Shown: positions 29,926 to 39,865 of the stretch, piece by piece
Position numbering within the stretch: position 1 is the first letter of the stretch
How the letters are laid out: every line of letters starts with the position of its first letter
DNA from: an uncultured Spirochaetota bacterium
GTDB lineage: Bacteria > Spirochaetota > Spirochaetia > SZUA-6 > Fen-1364
Assembly (NCBI GenBank): GCA_963745235.1
Contig: CAVUXE010000029.1
Location: forward strand, 128,001 to 192,000
Reading direction: 5' to 3'
Length of the DNA stretch: 64,000 nt
Notes under the pieces: model-generated
What the model saw: only the letters and a program-made list of their open reading frames with translations
The model's database searches: none
Told to the model about the DNA's origin: nothing
Position numbers and translations under genes: made by a program

Positions 29926-31242
29926 GTGAGCTACGCCGAGCGCTTCAAAGTGATGGAGAAGGGCCTGGATCTGGCCCAGGCCATGGCGGAGGCCGACCGC
30001 TGTCTTCTCTGCCATGATCCCCCCTGCTCCCAGGGATGTCCCGCGGAGACAGACCCCGGCACTTTCATCAGAAAGCTGCGCCTTCGCAACGTAACGGGCG
30101 CCATCCGCACGGTGAAGGAGAACAACCCGCTGGGCGGCGCATGCGCGGTGTTGTGCCCCACGCCCCGGCTGTGCGAAAAGGCATGCAGCGCCACGGGCAT
30201 TTCCCGCCCCGTTGACATTGGAAAGATCCAGAGGGCGTTGATCGAGCATTCCTGGAAAACCGGTGCACCGGCCCTCCAGAAGGCGGCTGCGCGCCCTGAA
30301 AAAGTTGCCGTTGTCGGTTCCGGGCCGGCGGGACTCTCCTGCGCCGCCGAGCTGGCACGGCACGGATTTGCCGTCACCGTCTTCGAGGAGCGCGCGGAGC
30401 CGGGAGGCGTCATCCGCTACGGAGTTCCCGCCTACCGGTTCGACGCGGACTTCCTGAAGCATGAGCTTGCAGATATCGAGTCGCTGGGCGTGAAGTTCGT
30501 TTGCGGCACGCGCGTGGACGGGGCCAGGGGCGCGGAGAAGCTGCTCTCCCAGGGATACCAGGCCGTGTTTCTTGCGCCCGGCCTCTGGGGTGCGGAGAGG
30601 ATTCCCGGAGGAGACGCAACGAAAGGCGTGTATTCCTCCGTGGAGTTTCTGGCCGCTCTTCGCGAAGGCCGCATTGCCGAGATGGCCGGCCAGATCGAAG
30701 GCAGGCAAGTGGCCGTGATCGGCGGTGGAAGCGTTGCAATGGACTGCGTCCAGTGTGCCCTCAAGCTGGGGGCGCAGGATGCGTTCCTGGTCTATCGCAG
30801 GTCTTTCTCCCAGATGCCGGCTGAGGAGGATGAGCGGCTGGCCGCTCTTCGACTGGGCGCTCATTTCCTGGCGTTGAACCAGCCCGTCAAATACCGGGTG
30901 GACGCGAAGGGAATGCTCACAGGCATTACACTCGCCCGCACGCGCCTGGGCCAGGAGGATTCCTCCGGCCGGCGCGCTCCCACCGAGATCCCCGGATCCG
31001 AGTGGGTCCTGGAAGCCCAGATCGCAATAGAGGCCATCGGCAACAGGACGGATTCCGCGGACTGGTCGGGGGCCATCAAGGTGGACCGCACAGGCCTCAT
31101 CCTTGCGGACTCCAGGACGCGCAAGACATCGGCAAAGACGATCTTTGCCGGCGGCGACATTGTTCGGGGGGCGGGTCTCGTTGTGGAGGCCGTGCAGGAT
31201 GGGAAGCTTGCGGCCCGCGCAATCCGGGAAGCTCTGAGCTGA
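29926..31242 (+). CDS. preT: Dihydropyrimidine dehydrogenase subunit PreT (GltD-like)
   Basis: RCLLCHDPPCSQGCP, GSGPAG, IGGGSVAMD, FAGGD; upstream of preA. Confidence 0.87.
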   Translation: MSYAERFKVMEKGLDLAQAMAEADRCLLCHDPPCSQGCPAETDPGTFIRKLRLRNVTGAIRTVKENNPLGGACAVLCPTPRLCEKACSATGISRPVDIGKIQRALIEHSWKTGAPALQKAAARPEKVAVVGSGPAGLSCAAELARHGFAVTVFEERAEPGGVIRYGVPAYRFDADFLKHELADIESLGVKFVCGTRVDGARGAEKLLSQGYQAVFLAPGLWGAERIPGGDATKGVYSSVEFLAALREGRIAEMAGQIEGRQVAVIGGGSVAMDCVQCALKLGAQDAFLVYRRSFSQMPAEEDERLAALRLGAHFLALNQPVKYRVDAKGMLTGITLARTRLGQEDSSGRRAPTEIPGSEWVLEAQIAIEAIGNRTDSADWSGAIKVDRTGLILADSRTRKTSAKTIFAGGDIVRGAGLVVEAVQDGKLAARAIREALS

Positions 31243-31253
31243 GGGGAGATGCC

Positions 31254-32549
31254 ATGACGACAAAAAACAAGACCGATATTTCCGTGAGCTTCTGCGGCGT
31301 GACTTTCAAGAACCCGTTTCTTCTTTCCTCTTCTCCCGTATCCAACTGCGCGGAGATGGTGGAAAGGGCATTCGAGCACGGGTGGGGCGGAGTCAGCTAC
31401 AAGACTCTGAACTCGGACCGCATCACCATTGTCCATCCCTCACCGCGCATGGCGCCGTATCACTACGAAGACAAGCACCTCGTGGGCCTGCAGAACGTGG
31501 AGATGACCTCCGACCGTCCGCTCAAGGACAATCTTGCGGATTACCTCTACCTGAAAAAGAAGTTTCCCGACCGGCCCATCATCGCGAGCATCATGGGGTT
31601 CTCCAACGACGAGTGGGCATACCTTGCCCGGGCGGCGGAGGACCACGGGGCGGACATGCTGGAGCTGAACTTTTCCTGTCCCCACATGTCGGTGGAGGGC
31701 TCGGGATACAAGGTGGGGCAGGCGTTCCACCTGCTGGAGAAGTTCACTACCACGGTCAAGAATGCGGTGAAAATCCCGGTCCTGGCCAAATTGACGCCCA
31801 ATATCACGGACATGACGGAGCCCGCCCTCTTCGCAAAGAAAGGCGGTGCTGACGGCATATCGGCCGTCAACACGTTCCGGGCGATATCCGGCATCGGGCT
31901 GGACGACCTGGTGCCGAAGCCCAATGTCTTCGGAGTGGGCGCCATGAGCGGATACTCGGGGGCGGCGATAAAGCCCATCGCGCTGCATTTCATTGCCGAA
32001 ATGGCCCAGTGCTCCGATCTCGACCTTCCACTGTCCGCAATGGGCGGAATCGAGACGTGGATCGACGCCCTGGAGTACATCCTCGTGGGGGCAACGACGC
32101 TCCAGGTGACCACGGGCGTCATCCACTATGGGTACCGGATCGTGGAAGACATGATCGAAGGAATCACCGATTACATGGTTTCTCGGGGAATCACGAGCAT
32201 GGCGGACCTGATCGGCAAGAGCCTGCCTCACCTGAAGGAAACTGACCACTTCGACCTGAAGCGCCAGGGGGTCGCGCAGTACGACCTGGAGAAGTGCGTG
32301 GGCTGCGGGCAGTGCTATATCGTCTGCCACGACGCGGGGGGCCAGGCCCTCGAGTGGGAGGCTGACAAGAGACGGCCGAAGCTCGACGAGGACAAGTGCC
32401 TGAGCTGCATGATCTGCAACTTCATTTGCCCGGTGCCGGAGCTGATCACGTACAAGGAAAAGCCCGCGGGCTGGGAGAGACGGCATACTCCCATGAAGGA
32501 AGCCGCGCTGCAGAAGCAGGTGAAAGTGGCGCCGTTCCAGGGCGCATAG
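31254..32549 (+). CDS. preA: Dihydropyrimidine dehydrogenase subunit PreA
   Basis: NPFLLSSSP, ELNFSCPH, AKLTPN, GYSGAAIKPIAL; C-terminal 2x[4Fe-4S] (CVGCGQC, CLSCMIC). Confidence 0.92.
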   Translation: MTTKNKTDISVSFCGVTFKNPFLLSSSPVSNCAEMVERAFEHGWGGVSYKTLNSDRITIVHPSPRMAPYHYEDKHLVGLQNVEMTSDRPLKDNLADYLYLKKKFPDRPIIASIMGFSNDEWAYLARAAEDHGADMLELNFSCPHMSVEGSGYKVGQAFHLLEKFTTTVKNAVKIPVLAKLTPNITDMTEPALFAKKGGADGISAVNTFRAISGIGLDDLVPKPNVFGVGAMSGYSGAAIKPIALHFIAEMAQCSDLDLPLSAMGGIETWIDALEYILVGATTLQVTTGVIHYGYRIVEDMIEGITDYMVSRGITSMADLIGKSLPHLKETDHFDLKRQGVAQYDLEKCVGCGQCYIVCHDAGGQALEWEADKRRPKLDEDKCLSCMICNFICPVPELITYKEKPAGWERRHTPMKEAALQKQVKVAPFQGA

Positions 32550-32563
32550 GAGGAGGGTGGGCC

Positions 32564-33955
32564 ATGAGCGTACTCTTGAAAAACGGGCTTGTCGTCACGT
32601 CCACGGGCTCGTACGTCGCTGACGTGTTCGTGGACGGTGAGAAGATCAAGTCAATCGGGACGGGGCTGTCCGTGAAAGCGGATGACACGGTGGACGCAAC
32701 GGGGAAGTACATCCTCCCCGGCGCCATCGACCCCCACACCCACATCGAAATGCCGTTTATGGGGACCACGTCCTCCGACGACTGGAAGACGGGGTCCGTC
32801 GCTGCTGCCTGCGGCGGGACCACGACGATCATCGACTTCAGCCTTCAGGGCAAGGGGGAGATGCTCCAGGACGCGGTGGAACGCCAGAAGGGAAAGGCGA
32901 ACGGCAAGTCGGTGGTGGACTTCAGCATCCACCCCGGAGTCACCGACGCCCGGCCGGAGGTGATCGAGGAGGTGAAGAAGGCAATCCACGAATACGGGAC
33001 CCCGAGCTTCAAGATCTTCCTGTTCTACGACTTCCGCGTGGACGACTACACCATGATCCGTCTCCTGGAGGAGACGAAGAAGCACGGCGGCCTGGTCCAG
33101 GTGCACGCGGAAAGCTTCGACATGATCCGCAGGCTGAACGAGCAGTTCGAAGCGGCAAAGACGCTGGATCCCATCCACCACGCCTGGGCGCATGCGGCGC
33201 TCGCGGAGGAAGAAGCGGTGGACAGGGCGGCAAAGGCCGTGGAGTTCACCGGCAGCCGCATCTATATCGTGCACCTCTCATCGAGCCGGGGCCTGTGGAA
33301 GATCAAGCAGGCCCGTGACAAAGGCGTGCGGATCCAGGCGGAAACCTGCCCGCAGTACCTGACGCTCACCGAGGACAGGTACAAGGAGCCGAACTGGAAC
33401 GGGGCGAAGTACGTCATGTCTCCCCCGCTGCGCTGCCAGGAGAGCCTTGATGAGCTGTGGCTTGGCCTCAGGGATGGGGACATCCAGACCATCGGGACCG
33501 ACCACTGCCCGTTCAACTTCAAGGGGCAGAAGGACATGGCGGGGAAGGATGACTACAGGAAGATCCCCAACGGCGCGCCCGGCATCGAGACCATGCTCAT
33601 GCTCATGCATACCGAGGGAGTTGTGAAAGGCCGCATCACGCTGGAGCGCATGGTGGACGTCCTGTCGACCGCCACGGCGCGGATGTTCGGCCTGGCAGAC
33701 AAGGGCGCCATCGCGGCCGGCAAGGATGCCGATATCGTTGTCTTTGATCCAAAACGAAAATTCACCATCACGCAGAAGAAGCTGCATCAGAACGTGGACT
33801 ACACCCCCTGGGAAGGCTTCGAGATGACGGGAATGCCCGACATCGTGTACTCTCGGGGAAAGCGCGCGGCCGAATGGTCCGGGGACCAGATGAAGTTCGT
33901 CGGTGAGGTCGGGCGCGGCAGGTTCGTGAAGAGGCAGCCCCTCTCCCCGTTCTAA
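32564..33955 (+). CDS. hydA: Dihydropyrimidinase (D-hydantoinase)
   Basis: PGAIDPHTH, GGTTTIIDF, VHAE, ETCPQYL, SPPLR, TDHCPF, IPNGAPGIE. Confidence 0.93.
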   Translation: MSVLLKNGLVVTSTGSYVADVFVDGEKIKSIGTGLSVKADDTVDATGKYILPGAIDPHTHIEMPFMGTTSSDDWKTGSVAAACGGTTTIIDFSLQGKGEMLQDAVERQKGKANGKSVVDFSIHPGVTDARPEVIEEVKKAIHEYGTPSFKIFLFYDFRVDDYTMIRLLEETKKHGGLVQVHAESFDMIRRLNEQFEAAKTLDPIHHAWAHAALAEEEAVDRAAKAVEFTGSRIYIVHLSSSRGLWKIKQARDKGVRIQAETCPQYLTLTEDRYKEPNWNGAKYVMSPPLRCQESLDELWLGLRDGDIQTIGTDHCPFNFKGQKDMAGKDDYRKIPNGAPGIETMLMLMHTEGVVKGRITLERMVDVLSTATARMFGLADKGAIAAGKDADIVVFDPKRKFTITQKKLHQNVDYTPWEGFEMTGMPDIVYSRGKRAAEWSGDQMKFVGEVGRGRFVKRQPLSPF

Positions 33956-33967
33956 GAATGGCAAGCG

Positions 33968-34000
33968 GCGCCTCCCCGGGCCGGGGGGGCGCGTTCTTTC
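33968..34000 (+). terminator. GC hairpin after hydA (terminator or mRNA stabiliser)
   Basis: GCGCCTCCCCG/CGGGGGGGCGC followed by GTTCTTTC. Confidence 0.45.
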
Positions 34001-34024
34001 TCACCCTGACACGGAGGAATACCC

Positions 34025-35267
34025 ATGGAAACAGGCAAGATGAGGGTCAATGGGGCGCGCCTTCGGGCGAGCCTCGAGGAGATGGCAAAGATCGGCGCGA
34101 CCCCCGCGGGCGGGGTTCACAGGCTTGCCCTTTCGGATGAGGACAAGCGGGCGCGCGACCTTTTCGTGAAGTGGCTGAAGGAGATCGATTTCACGGTGAC
34201 AATCGACGAGATGGGAAATATCTTCGGCCGCAGGCCCGGGCAAGGACGACACGCTGGCCCCGGTCATGTGCGGCTCCCATGTCGACTCGCAGCCGAAAGG
34301 GGGACGGTTCGACGGCATCCTTGGAGTCATGGGGGCCCTGGAGACCATGCGGACCATCCACGAGAACAGGGTCCAGACGGAGCGGCCCCTCGTCATTGTG
34401 GATTGGACGAACGAAGAAGGATCGCGGTTCGCCCCCGCCATGATAGCCTCCGGCGTGTGGGCCGGCGCCCTGGAACGTGACTGGGCGTACAGCCGCACGG
34501 ACATCAACGGCAAGAAGCAGGGGGATGAGCTTGCCCGAATCGGGTACAAGGGCGCGGCGCCGGCAAAGAAATGGACCACCCACGCCTACTACGAGTACCA
34601 TATCGAGCAGGGTCCCACGCTGGAGAGGCTGGGGAAGACTATTGGCGCGCCCAAGGGCATCCTCTGCCTCCACTGGTACGATGTGTACCTGCAAGGGGAG
34701 GCGAACCAGGTGGGACCGACCCCCATGGAAGGCAGGCACGACGCCCTGTGCGCCGCCGCGGAGATGATCCTGGCGACAAACACGCTCCCTGACCGCATGA
34801 AAGGCAACATGGTCGCAACGGTCGGCGAGATCCAGAACGGCCCCAACTCGCGCAACATCATCCCGGACAAGGTCCACTTCACCGTTGACATCAGGTCGTG
34901 GGATGACGACCATGCGCTGCGGGCCTGGGAGCTTTTGAAGAAGGACTTCCAGGAGATCGCGGCTCGACGCGGCACTCCCATCCGCATCGAAGAGACCTGG
35001 CAAGTCCCCCATGCGCCCTTCAACGACAAGCTGGTCCAGAGGGTGCTGGACACGGCGAAGGAATTGGGGTACTCCACCCACCATATGGTGAGCGGGGCGG
35101 GGCATGACGCGAGCTACATGAACCAGGTCTGCCCCACGGCCATGATATTCGTGCCGAGCATCGGCGGCAGAAGCCATGTCGAAGTGGAAAGCACAAAGTG
35201 GGAGGACTGCGAAGCGGGGGCGAACGTGCTCCTGCATTGCATCGTGAAGACTGCAAACGAGCGCTGA
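34025..35267 (+). CDS. pydC: M20 Zn-dependent hydrolase (beta-ureidopropionase/allantoate amidohydrolase family), frameshift near 34240
   Basis: IDEMGNIFG, GSHVDSQPKGGRFDG, WTNEEGSRF, EYHIEQGP, SGAGHDA. Confidence 0.8.
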
Positions 35268-35286
35268 GCAAGAGAGAGGAGATTCG

Positions 35287-36615
35287 ATGAATACCGCGGA
35301 ACTGCAGAAGCTTGACCGACAGCACGTGATCTACAGCTGGAAGGCCCAGGGGGGCTGGACGCCCACCGTGATCGACCACGCGGAGGGCATCTACATGTAC
35401 GACACGGACGGCCGCAAGATCGTGGACGGCTGCGCCGGGCTTCTCAACATCAACCTCGGGCATGGGAACAAGCACGTCATCGACGCGATGAAAGCGCAGA
35501 TGGACAAGCTGTGCTACGTGTCCCCCGGGTTTTCAACCGAGCCGAAGGCGAAACTCGCCTCCTTGGTGGCAGATGTCACCCCCGGGGACCTCGACTACGT
35601 CATGTTCACCAACGGCGGCGCGGAGGCCAACGAGAACGCCATCAAGTCCGCGCGCTGGTTTACCGGAAGGAACAAGATCTATGCGGCCTGGAAGAGCTAC
35701 CACGGGGCGACGGCGGGTGCCATCACCGTGACGGGAGACCCGCGGCGGTGGCCGGCGGAGCCCGGCATCCCCGGCGTGGTCCACTTCTTCGGGCCCTACC
35801 CGTACCGCTGCCCCTTCGGCTCGAAGGACGAAGTGGAGTGCGGTGAGCGGACCCTCGCGGTGCTCAAAGAGCAGCTGATGTACGACAATCCGAAGTCGGT
35901 TGCCGCCATCATCATCGAGCCGATAGTCGGGACGAACGGGATCATCGCTCCCCCCGTGAACTACATGAAGGGGCTGCGCCAGCTGTGTGACGAGAACGGG
36001 ATCCTCCTCATTGTGGACGAGGTCATGTCCGCCTGGGGCAGGTCGGGGAAGTGGTTCTCCATTCAGCACTACGACATCGTCCCTGACATCATCACGACGG
36101 CGAAAGGCATCACCTCCGGGTACGTTCAGCTCGGCGCGACCATCTGGAGCAGGAAGATCTGGGACTACTTCCAGGAGCGCAAGTTTGTGAGCGGCCTGAC
36201 CTACACGGGTCACGCGCTGGCGTGCGCCTGCGGCGTGGCGAACCTCGAGGTGTACAAGAGCGAGAACCTGATCGAGAAGTCCGCCGACGACGGGGAGTAC
36301 CTTGCAAAGAAGCTCAAGGAGCTGGAGAAGAAGCACTGCTCCGTCGGGGACACCCGGTGCGTCGGCCTGTGGGCGTGCATCGAGCTTGTGGCGGACAAGA
36401 AGACCAAGAAGCCCATCGCGGGGTTCAATGACTCCCTCAGGAACGTCTCCGGACAGCTCGGCAAGATCTTCATGGAGAACGGGTTGTACCTGTACTGCAA
36501 CTGGGATTACATCTTCATCTCCCCGCCGCTCATCATCAGCAGGCAGGAGATCGACGAGATGGTTGCCGTGATCGAGAAGGGACTGGCCTGGACGGACACG
36601 CTGGCGAAGGGCTGA
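35287..36615 (+). CDS. Class III aminotransferase (beta-alanine transaminase, PydD-like)
   Basis: FTNGGAEANENA, SYHG, DEVMSAWGR, PDIITTAKGITSGY. Confidence 0.85.
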   Translation: MNTAELQKLDRQHVIYSWKAQGGWTPTVIDHAEGIYMYDTDGRKIVDGCAGLLNINLGHGNKHVIDAMKAQMDKLCYVSPGFSTEPKAKLASLVADVTPGDLDYVMFTNGGAEANENAIKSARWFTGRNKIYAAWKSYHGATAGAITVTGDPRRWPAEPGIPGVVHFFGPYPYRCPFGSKDEVECGERTLAVLKEQLMYDNPKSVAAIIIEPIVGTNGIIAPPVNYMKGLRQLCDENGILLIVDEVMSAWGRSGKWFSIQHYDIVPDIITTAKGITSGYVQLGATIWSRKIWDYFQERKFVSGLTYTGHALACACGVANLEVYKSENLIEKSADDGEYLAKKLKELEKKHCSVGDTRCVGLWACIELVADKKTKKPIAGFNDSLRNVSGQLGKIFMENGLYLYCNWDYIFISPPLIISRQEIDEMVAVIEKGLAWTDTLAKG

Positions 36616-36639
36616 AGCGTGCCGGCTGGCCCGCAAAGG

Positions 36640-36668
36640 AAAGGCGCGCCGCGGGGCGCGCCTTTGTT
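36640..36668. terminator. Terminator between convergent genes
   Basis: 11-bp stem AAAGGCGCGCC/GGCGCGCCTTT with loop GCGG. Confidence 0.7.
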
Positions 36669-36682
36669 GTCGACGGATCCTC

Positions 36683-38410
36683 TCAGAGCGGGAACTGGAT
36701 TGCCTGTCCTGCCACGATATACCACGTGACGAAGAGCGCGTTGACGAAAGACCCCGCCCAGACGCGGCCGGTCTTTTCGTAGAACCACGTTGAGAAGATC
36801 GAAGCGATGACCATGAGAGGCAGGAACTGGATGGCGATGATGGTGTTCAAGGGCTGTGACGCGCTGAGAAGCATGCCCCGGGCAAAGAGCGTGATGTACT
36901 CCAGGAGCAGGAACACGAGGAAGCCGCCCGCCATGATCCCCATGTTGGCGAAATACCGGGCAGCCGGGGGAGACCCCGGCAGGCGATACTGCGCGTGCAG
37001 CGTGGTGGAAGAGATGAGGAAGAAGGCGGCAAACGGGATCAGGTAGCGCAGGAATATCCCGAACTGCAGGGGGCTCATGGGCTTCAGGGCCAGCACCCAG
37101 AAGCGGAAGTCGATCTTGAAGAAATACCCGGCCATTGCAAGAAGCAGGTAGCCGGCGAAGACCACGGCAACGGCGTACAGGGCGTCCATCCCTATCAGTC
37201 CCCACCCGAGCCCGTACGTCGCGGCGTTTGCCCCGCGTCGGGAGCTCGTGGTGAGGTGCCAGGCGATGAAGAGCACCAGGAAGATTGCGCCGTCCATGAG
37301 CGCCCACACCATGATCTGGCTGGTGATTGTCTGCGGGAAAAGCCAGGAAGCCTTGATTCCCGCGCCGAGGGTCATGAAGAGATAGAAGAAGACGACCGGG
37401 ATGGCGGCCGTCACCGCTGCCCAGATCCACCAGGGGGCGCCGGTGAACGGAGTCACCGCCGGCAGCGGGCCTGCCAGGCGCGCGAACGTCCTGGTCCCCA
37501 GGAGCGTGCGCCCCATCCCCAACAGGAAGAACACGAACCCAATGAATCCAAGGAGCGTCGCCAGCTCTTTCCAGATCCAGATCTGGTCAGTGGAGGGAAG
37601 GGGCGATCCTCCCTTGAGTGTCTGGCCGAACCAGTCGATTGCATATCCGATTGCAGCGTTGGAGATGTGGTCTCCCGGATGGGTCGTGACGGGCGTGTAC
37701 AGGACCCGGGCGGTTCCGTCCGCAATCGAGCCATACACTTTCCCCGGCTGGATGTCGTCCGTCACGCCGAATACCTTCTTCAGCTTTTCGCTCTTTGTGA
37801 CGTCCGCCGCGCGCGGGATCCCCCACATGAGCACGGAAAACTCGTCGTACTTGCTGTAGACGACGGCAAGGTTCTTCGGCCAGGTGGGGCTGCCCTCCGC
37901 CGCGAAGGGCTTGCCGGTGGACGAGCCTTCCAGAACGGCGGACTTGTAGCCATCAGGCATGACCGCGGCGGCGGCAAGGAATGTCCAGCCGCCCATGGAG
38001 TGCCCTTCCAGCCCGATGTTGTCCTTGTCCACGATGTCCAGAGACCTGAGGAACTTGAGCCCGTCCGGGCCGCCGAAGCCGTTGCCGAACGCCGGTGGGT
38101 CGGAGTAGCCGTGGCCTGTCTGGTCCAGGGCCAGCACGACGTACCCGCGCCGCGCGAGCTCGATAGCGAAGCCCGACTGCGTCTCCCGGGAATTGATATA
38201 CCAATGGACCGCAAGGATGCCCGGCGCGGGAGTCTTTGCGGTCGCGGACTTCGGCACGTAGAGGAGCGCGCTCATGCGCGTCCCGTTTGCGCCGATGAAC
38301 CGCACGTCGCGAACGGCCACCTGGCCTCCGTCGGTCTGGACGAGCCATCCGACGATGCCCGCCACGACCACCAGTGCGACTGCGAGGATCAGGAACGTGT
38401 TCCGTTTCAT
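36683..38410 (-). CDS. Alpha/beta hydrolase fused to multi-TM membrane domain
   Basis: DQTGHG, GHSMGG, HPGDH, then about 8 TM helices. Confidence 0.8.
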   Translation of the reverse strand: MKRNTFLILAVALVVVAGIVGWLVQTDGGQVAVRDVRFIGANGTRMSALLYVPKSATAKTPAPGILAVHWYINSRETQSGFAIELARRGYVVLALDQTGHGYSDPPAFGNGFGGPDGLKFLRSLDIVDKDNIGLEGHSMGGWTFLAAAAVMPDGYKSAVLEGSSTGKPFAAEGSPTWPKNLAVVYSKYDEFSVLMWGIPRAADVTKSEKLKKVFGVTDDIQPGKVYGSIADGTARVLYTPVTTHPGDHISNAAIGYAIDWFGQTLKGGSPLPSTDQIWIWKELATLLGFIGFVFFLLGMGRTLLGTRTFARLAGPLPAVTPFTGAPWWIWAAVTAAIPVVFFYLFMTLGAGIKASWLFPQTITSQIMVWALMDGAIFLVLFIAWHLTTSSRRGANAATYGLGWGLIGMDALYAVAVVFAGYLLLAMAGYFFKIDFRFWVLALKPMSPLQFGIFLRYLIPFAAFFLISSTTLHAQYRLPGSPPAARYFANMGIMAGGFLVFLLLEYITLFARGMLLSASQPLNTIIAIQFLPLMVIASIFSTWFYEKTGRVWAGSFVNALFVTWYIVAGQAIQFPL

Positions 38411-38517
38411 GCTGAACCTCCGGTTGTTTCAGGATGGCGTAGTATACAGCCGCCGCCGCTGCGATGCCATGGCGCCACTTGACGGTGTCGTTATCTTCTG
38501 AGGAGGGAGGAAGAGCG

Positions 38518-39423
38518 ATGTCAATTCGACCAGTCAAGGATCTCATAACCGCGCAGCCAACCGTGGAAGGCGCAGGCGTTCGGCTTCGGCGGGCGTTCGG
38601 GTTCGGTGACACGGAGAGCTTCGATCCCTTCCTCCTGCTCGACGATTTCAGAAACGACCGGCCCGCCGACTACCTTGCGGGCTTCCCGTGGCACCCCCAC
38701 CGCGGCATTGAGACGATCACGTATGTCCTTTCCGGCACCGTGGATCACGGTGACAGCATGGGCAACAGGGGAACGATCTCCGAGGGCGACGTCCAGTGGA
38801 TGACGGCCGGCCGCGGCATCATCCACCAGGAAATGCCCAAGGGGGATCAAAAGGGAAGGATGCACGGCTTCCAGCTGTGGTCGAACCTGCCTTCGTCCCT
38901 CAAGATGACGGCCCCCCGATACCAGGAGGTCCATGCGGCGGAGATCCCCGAGGTAACCGATGATGACGGCACGCGGGTGCGCGTCGTGTGCGGGAGCATC
39001 TGGGGGGCCGTTGGTCCCGTTGTGGGTGTGGCCTCCGAGCCGCACTACATCGACGTGTCGGTCCCGCCGAACCGCAGGAAGTCGATTCCGGTGGAGACTT
39101 CGCGCCACGCTTTTGCGTACGTCTTTGCCGGCTCGGGCAGGTTCATGAACGCCTCAGGTCCGCGGCCGGTAGCCACCGAGTATGTCGGGGACCCCGATGG
39201 CGCCGACGGCGTCGCCGCGGAAAACCGCTCCCTGGTGCTCTTCGATTCGGGGGACGAGGTGACGGTCCAGGCGGGAGAAGAGGGGATCCGGTTCCTCCTG
39301 GTCTCCGGGAAGCCGATTGGCGAGCCCGTGGCGTGGCAGGGCCCCATCGTCATGAACACGGCGGAGGAGCTGCGGGCGGCATACTCCGAGCTTCGTGACG
39401 GCACGTTCCTGGACAGGAAATAG
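38518..39423 (+). CDS. Pirin family protein
   Basis: DPFLLLD, HPHRGIETITY, VQWMTAGRGIIHQE, GPIVMNT. Confidence 0.93.
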   Translation: MSIRPVKDLITAQPTVEGAGVRLRRAFGFGDTESFDPFLLLDDFRNDRPADYLAGFPWHPHRGIETITYVLSGTVDHGDSMGNRGTISEGDVQWMTAGRGIIHQEMPKGDQKGRMHGFQLWSNLPSSLKMTAPRYQEVHAAEIPEVTDDDGTRVRVVCGSIWGAVGPVVGVASEPHYIDVSVPPNRRKSIPVETSRHAFAYVFAGSGRFMNASGPRPVATEYVGDPDGADGVAAENRSLVLFDSGDEVTVQAGEEGIRFLLVSGKPIGEPVAWQGPIVMNTAEELRAAYSELRDGTFLDRK

Positions 39424-39430
39424 CGGCGTC

Positions 39431-39865
39431 CTATTTCTTTCCCTCCAGGAGCGCCTTGAGGTCCTTGAGCGCCGCAACCTCGGACTGCATCTGCCTGGTG
39501 ATCATGGGGTCCATCAGCTTTGCAAGTCCCTTCGGCTGGAAGTCGAGGACGAACGTCACCGAGGTCGCGTTGCCCTGCTTCTCGAGCTTGAATGTCCCCG
39601 CGGGCCGGGCAGGCCCCGCGGTGACTTCGAACCTGATGAGAGCACCCGGGACGCACTCGACGACCTTGTAGTCCGCATCGATCCGTCCGGTCGGTCCCTT
39701 CATACCCTGCTTGAAGGCGGCGCCGACTCCGGCCGGAGTTCCTGGCACTTTCCCGATGTCCAGGACGCCCTTGCGCCACCGGGGGTTGTTCGTTCCGTCC
39801 AGCAGGAAGTCGTAGACTTCTCCGGCTGGCCTGTCAATGATGATCGAGCTCTCAGCGTGCGCCAT
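39431..39865 (-). CDS. SRPBCC family protein
   Basis: IIIDRPAGEVYDFLLDGTNNPRW; C-terminal LKALLE helix. Confidence 0.8.
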   Translation of the reverse strand: MAHAESSIIIDRPAGEVYDFLLDGTNNPRWRKGVLDIGKVPGTPAGVGAAFKQGMKGPTGRIDADYKVVECVPGALIRFEVTAGPARPAGTFKLEKQGNATSVTFVLDFQPKGLAKLMDPMITRQMQSEVAALKDLKALLEGKK

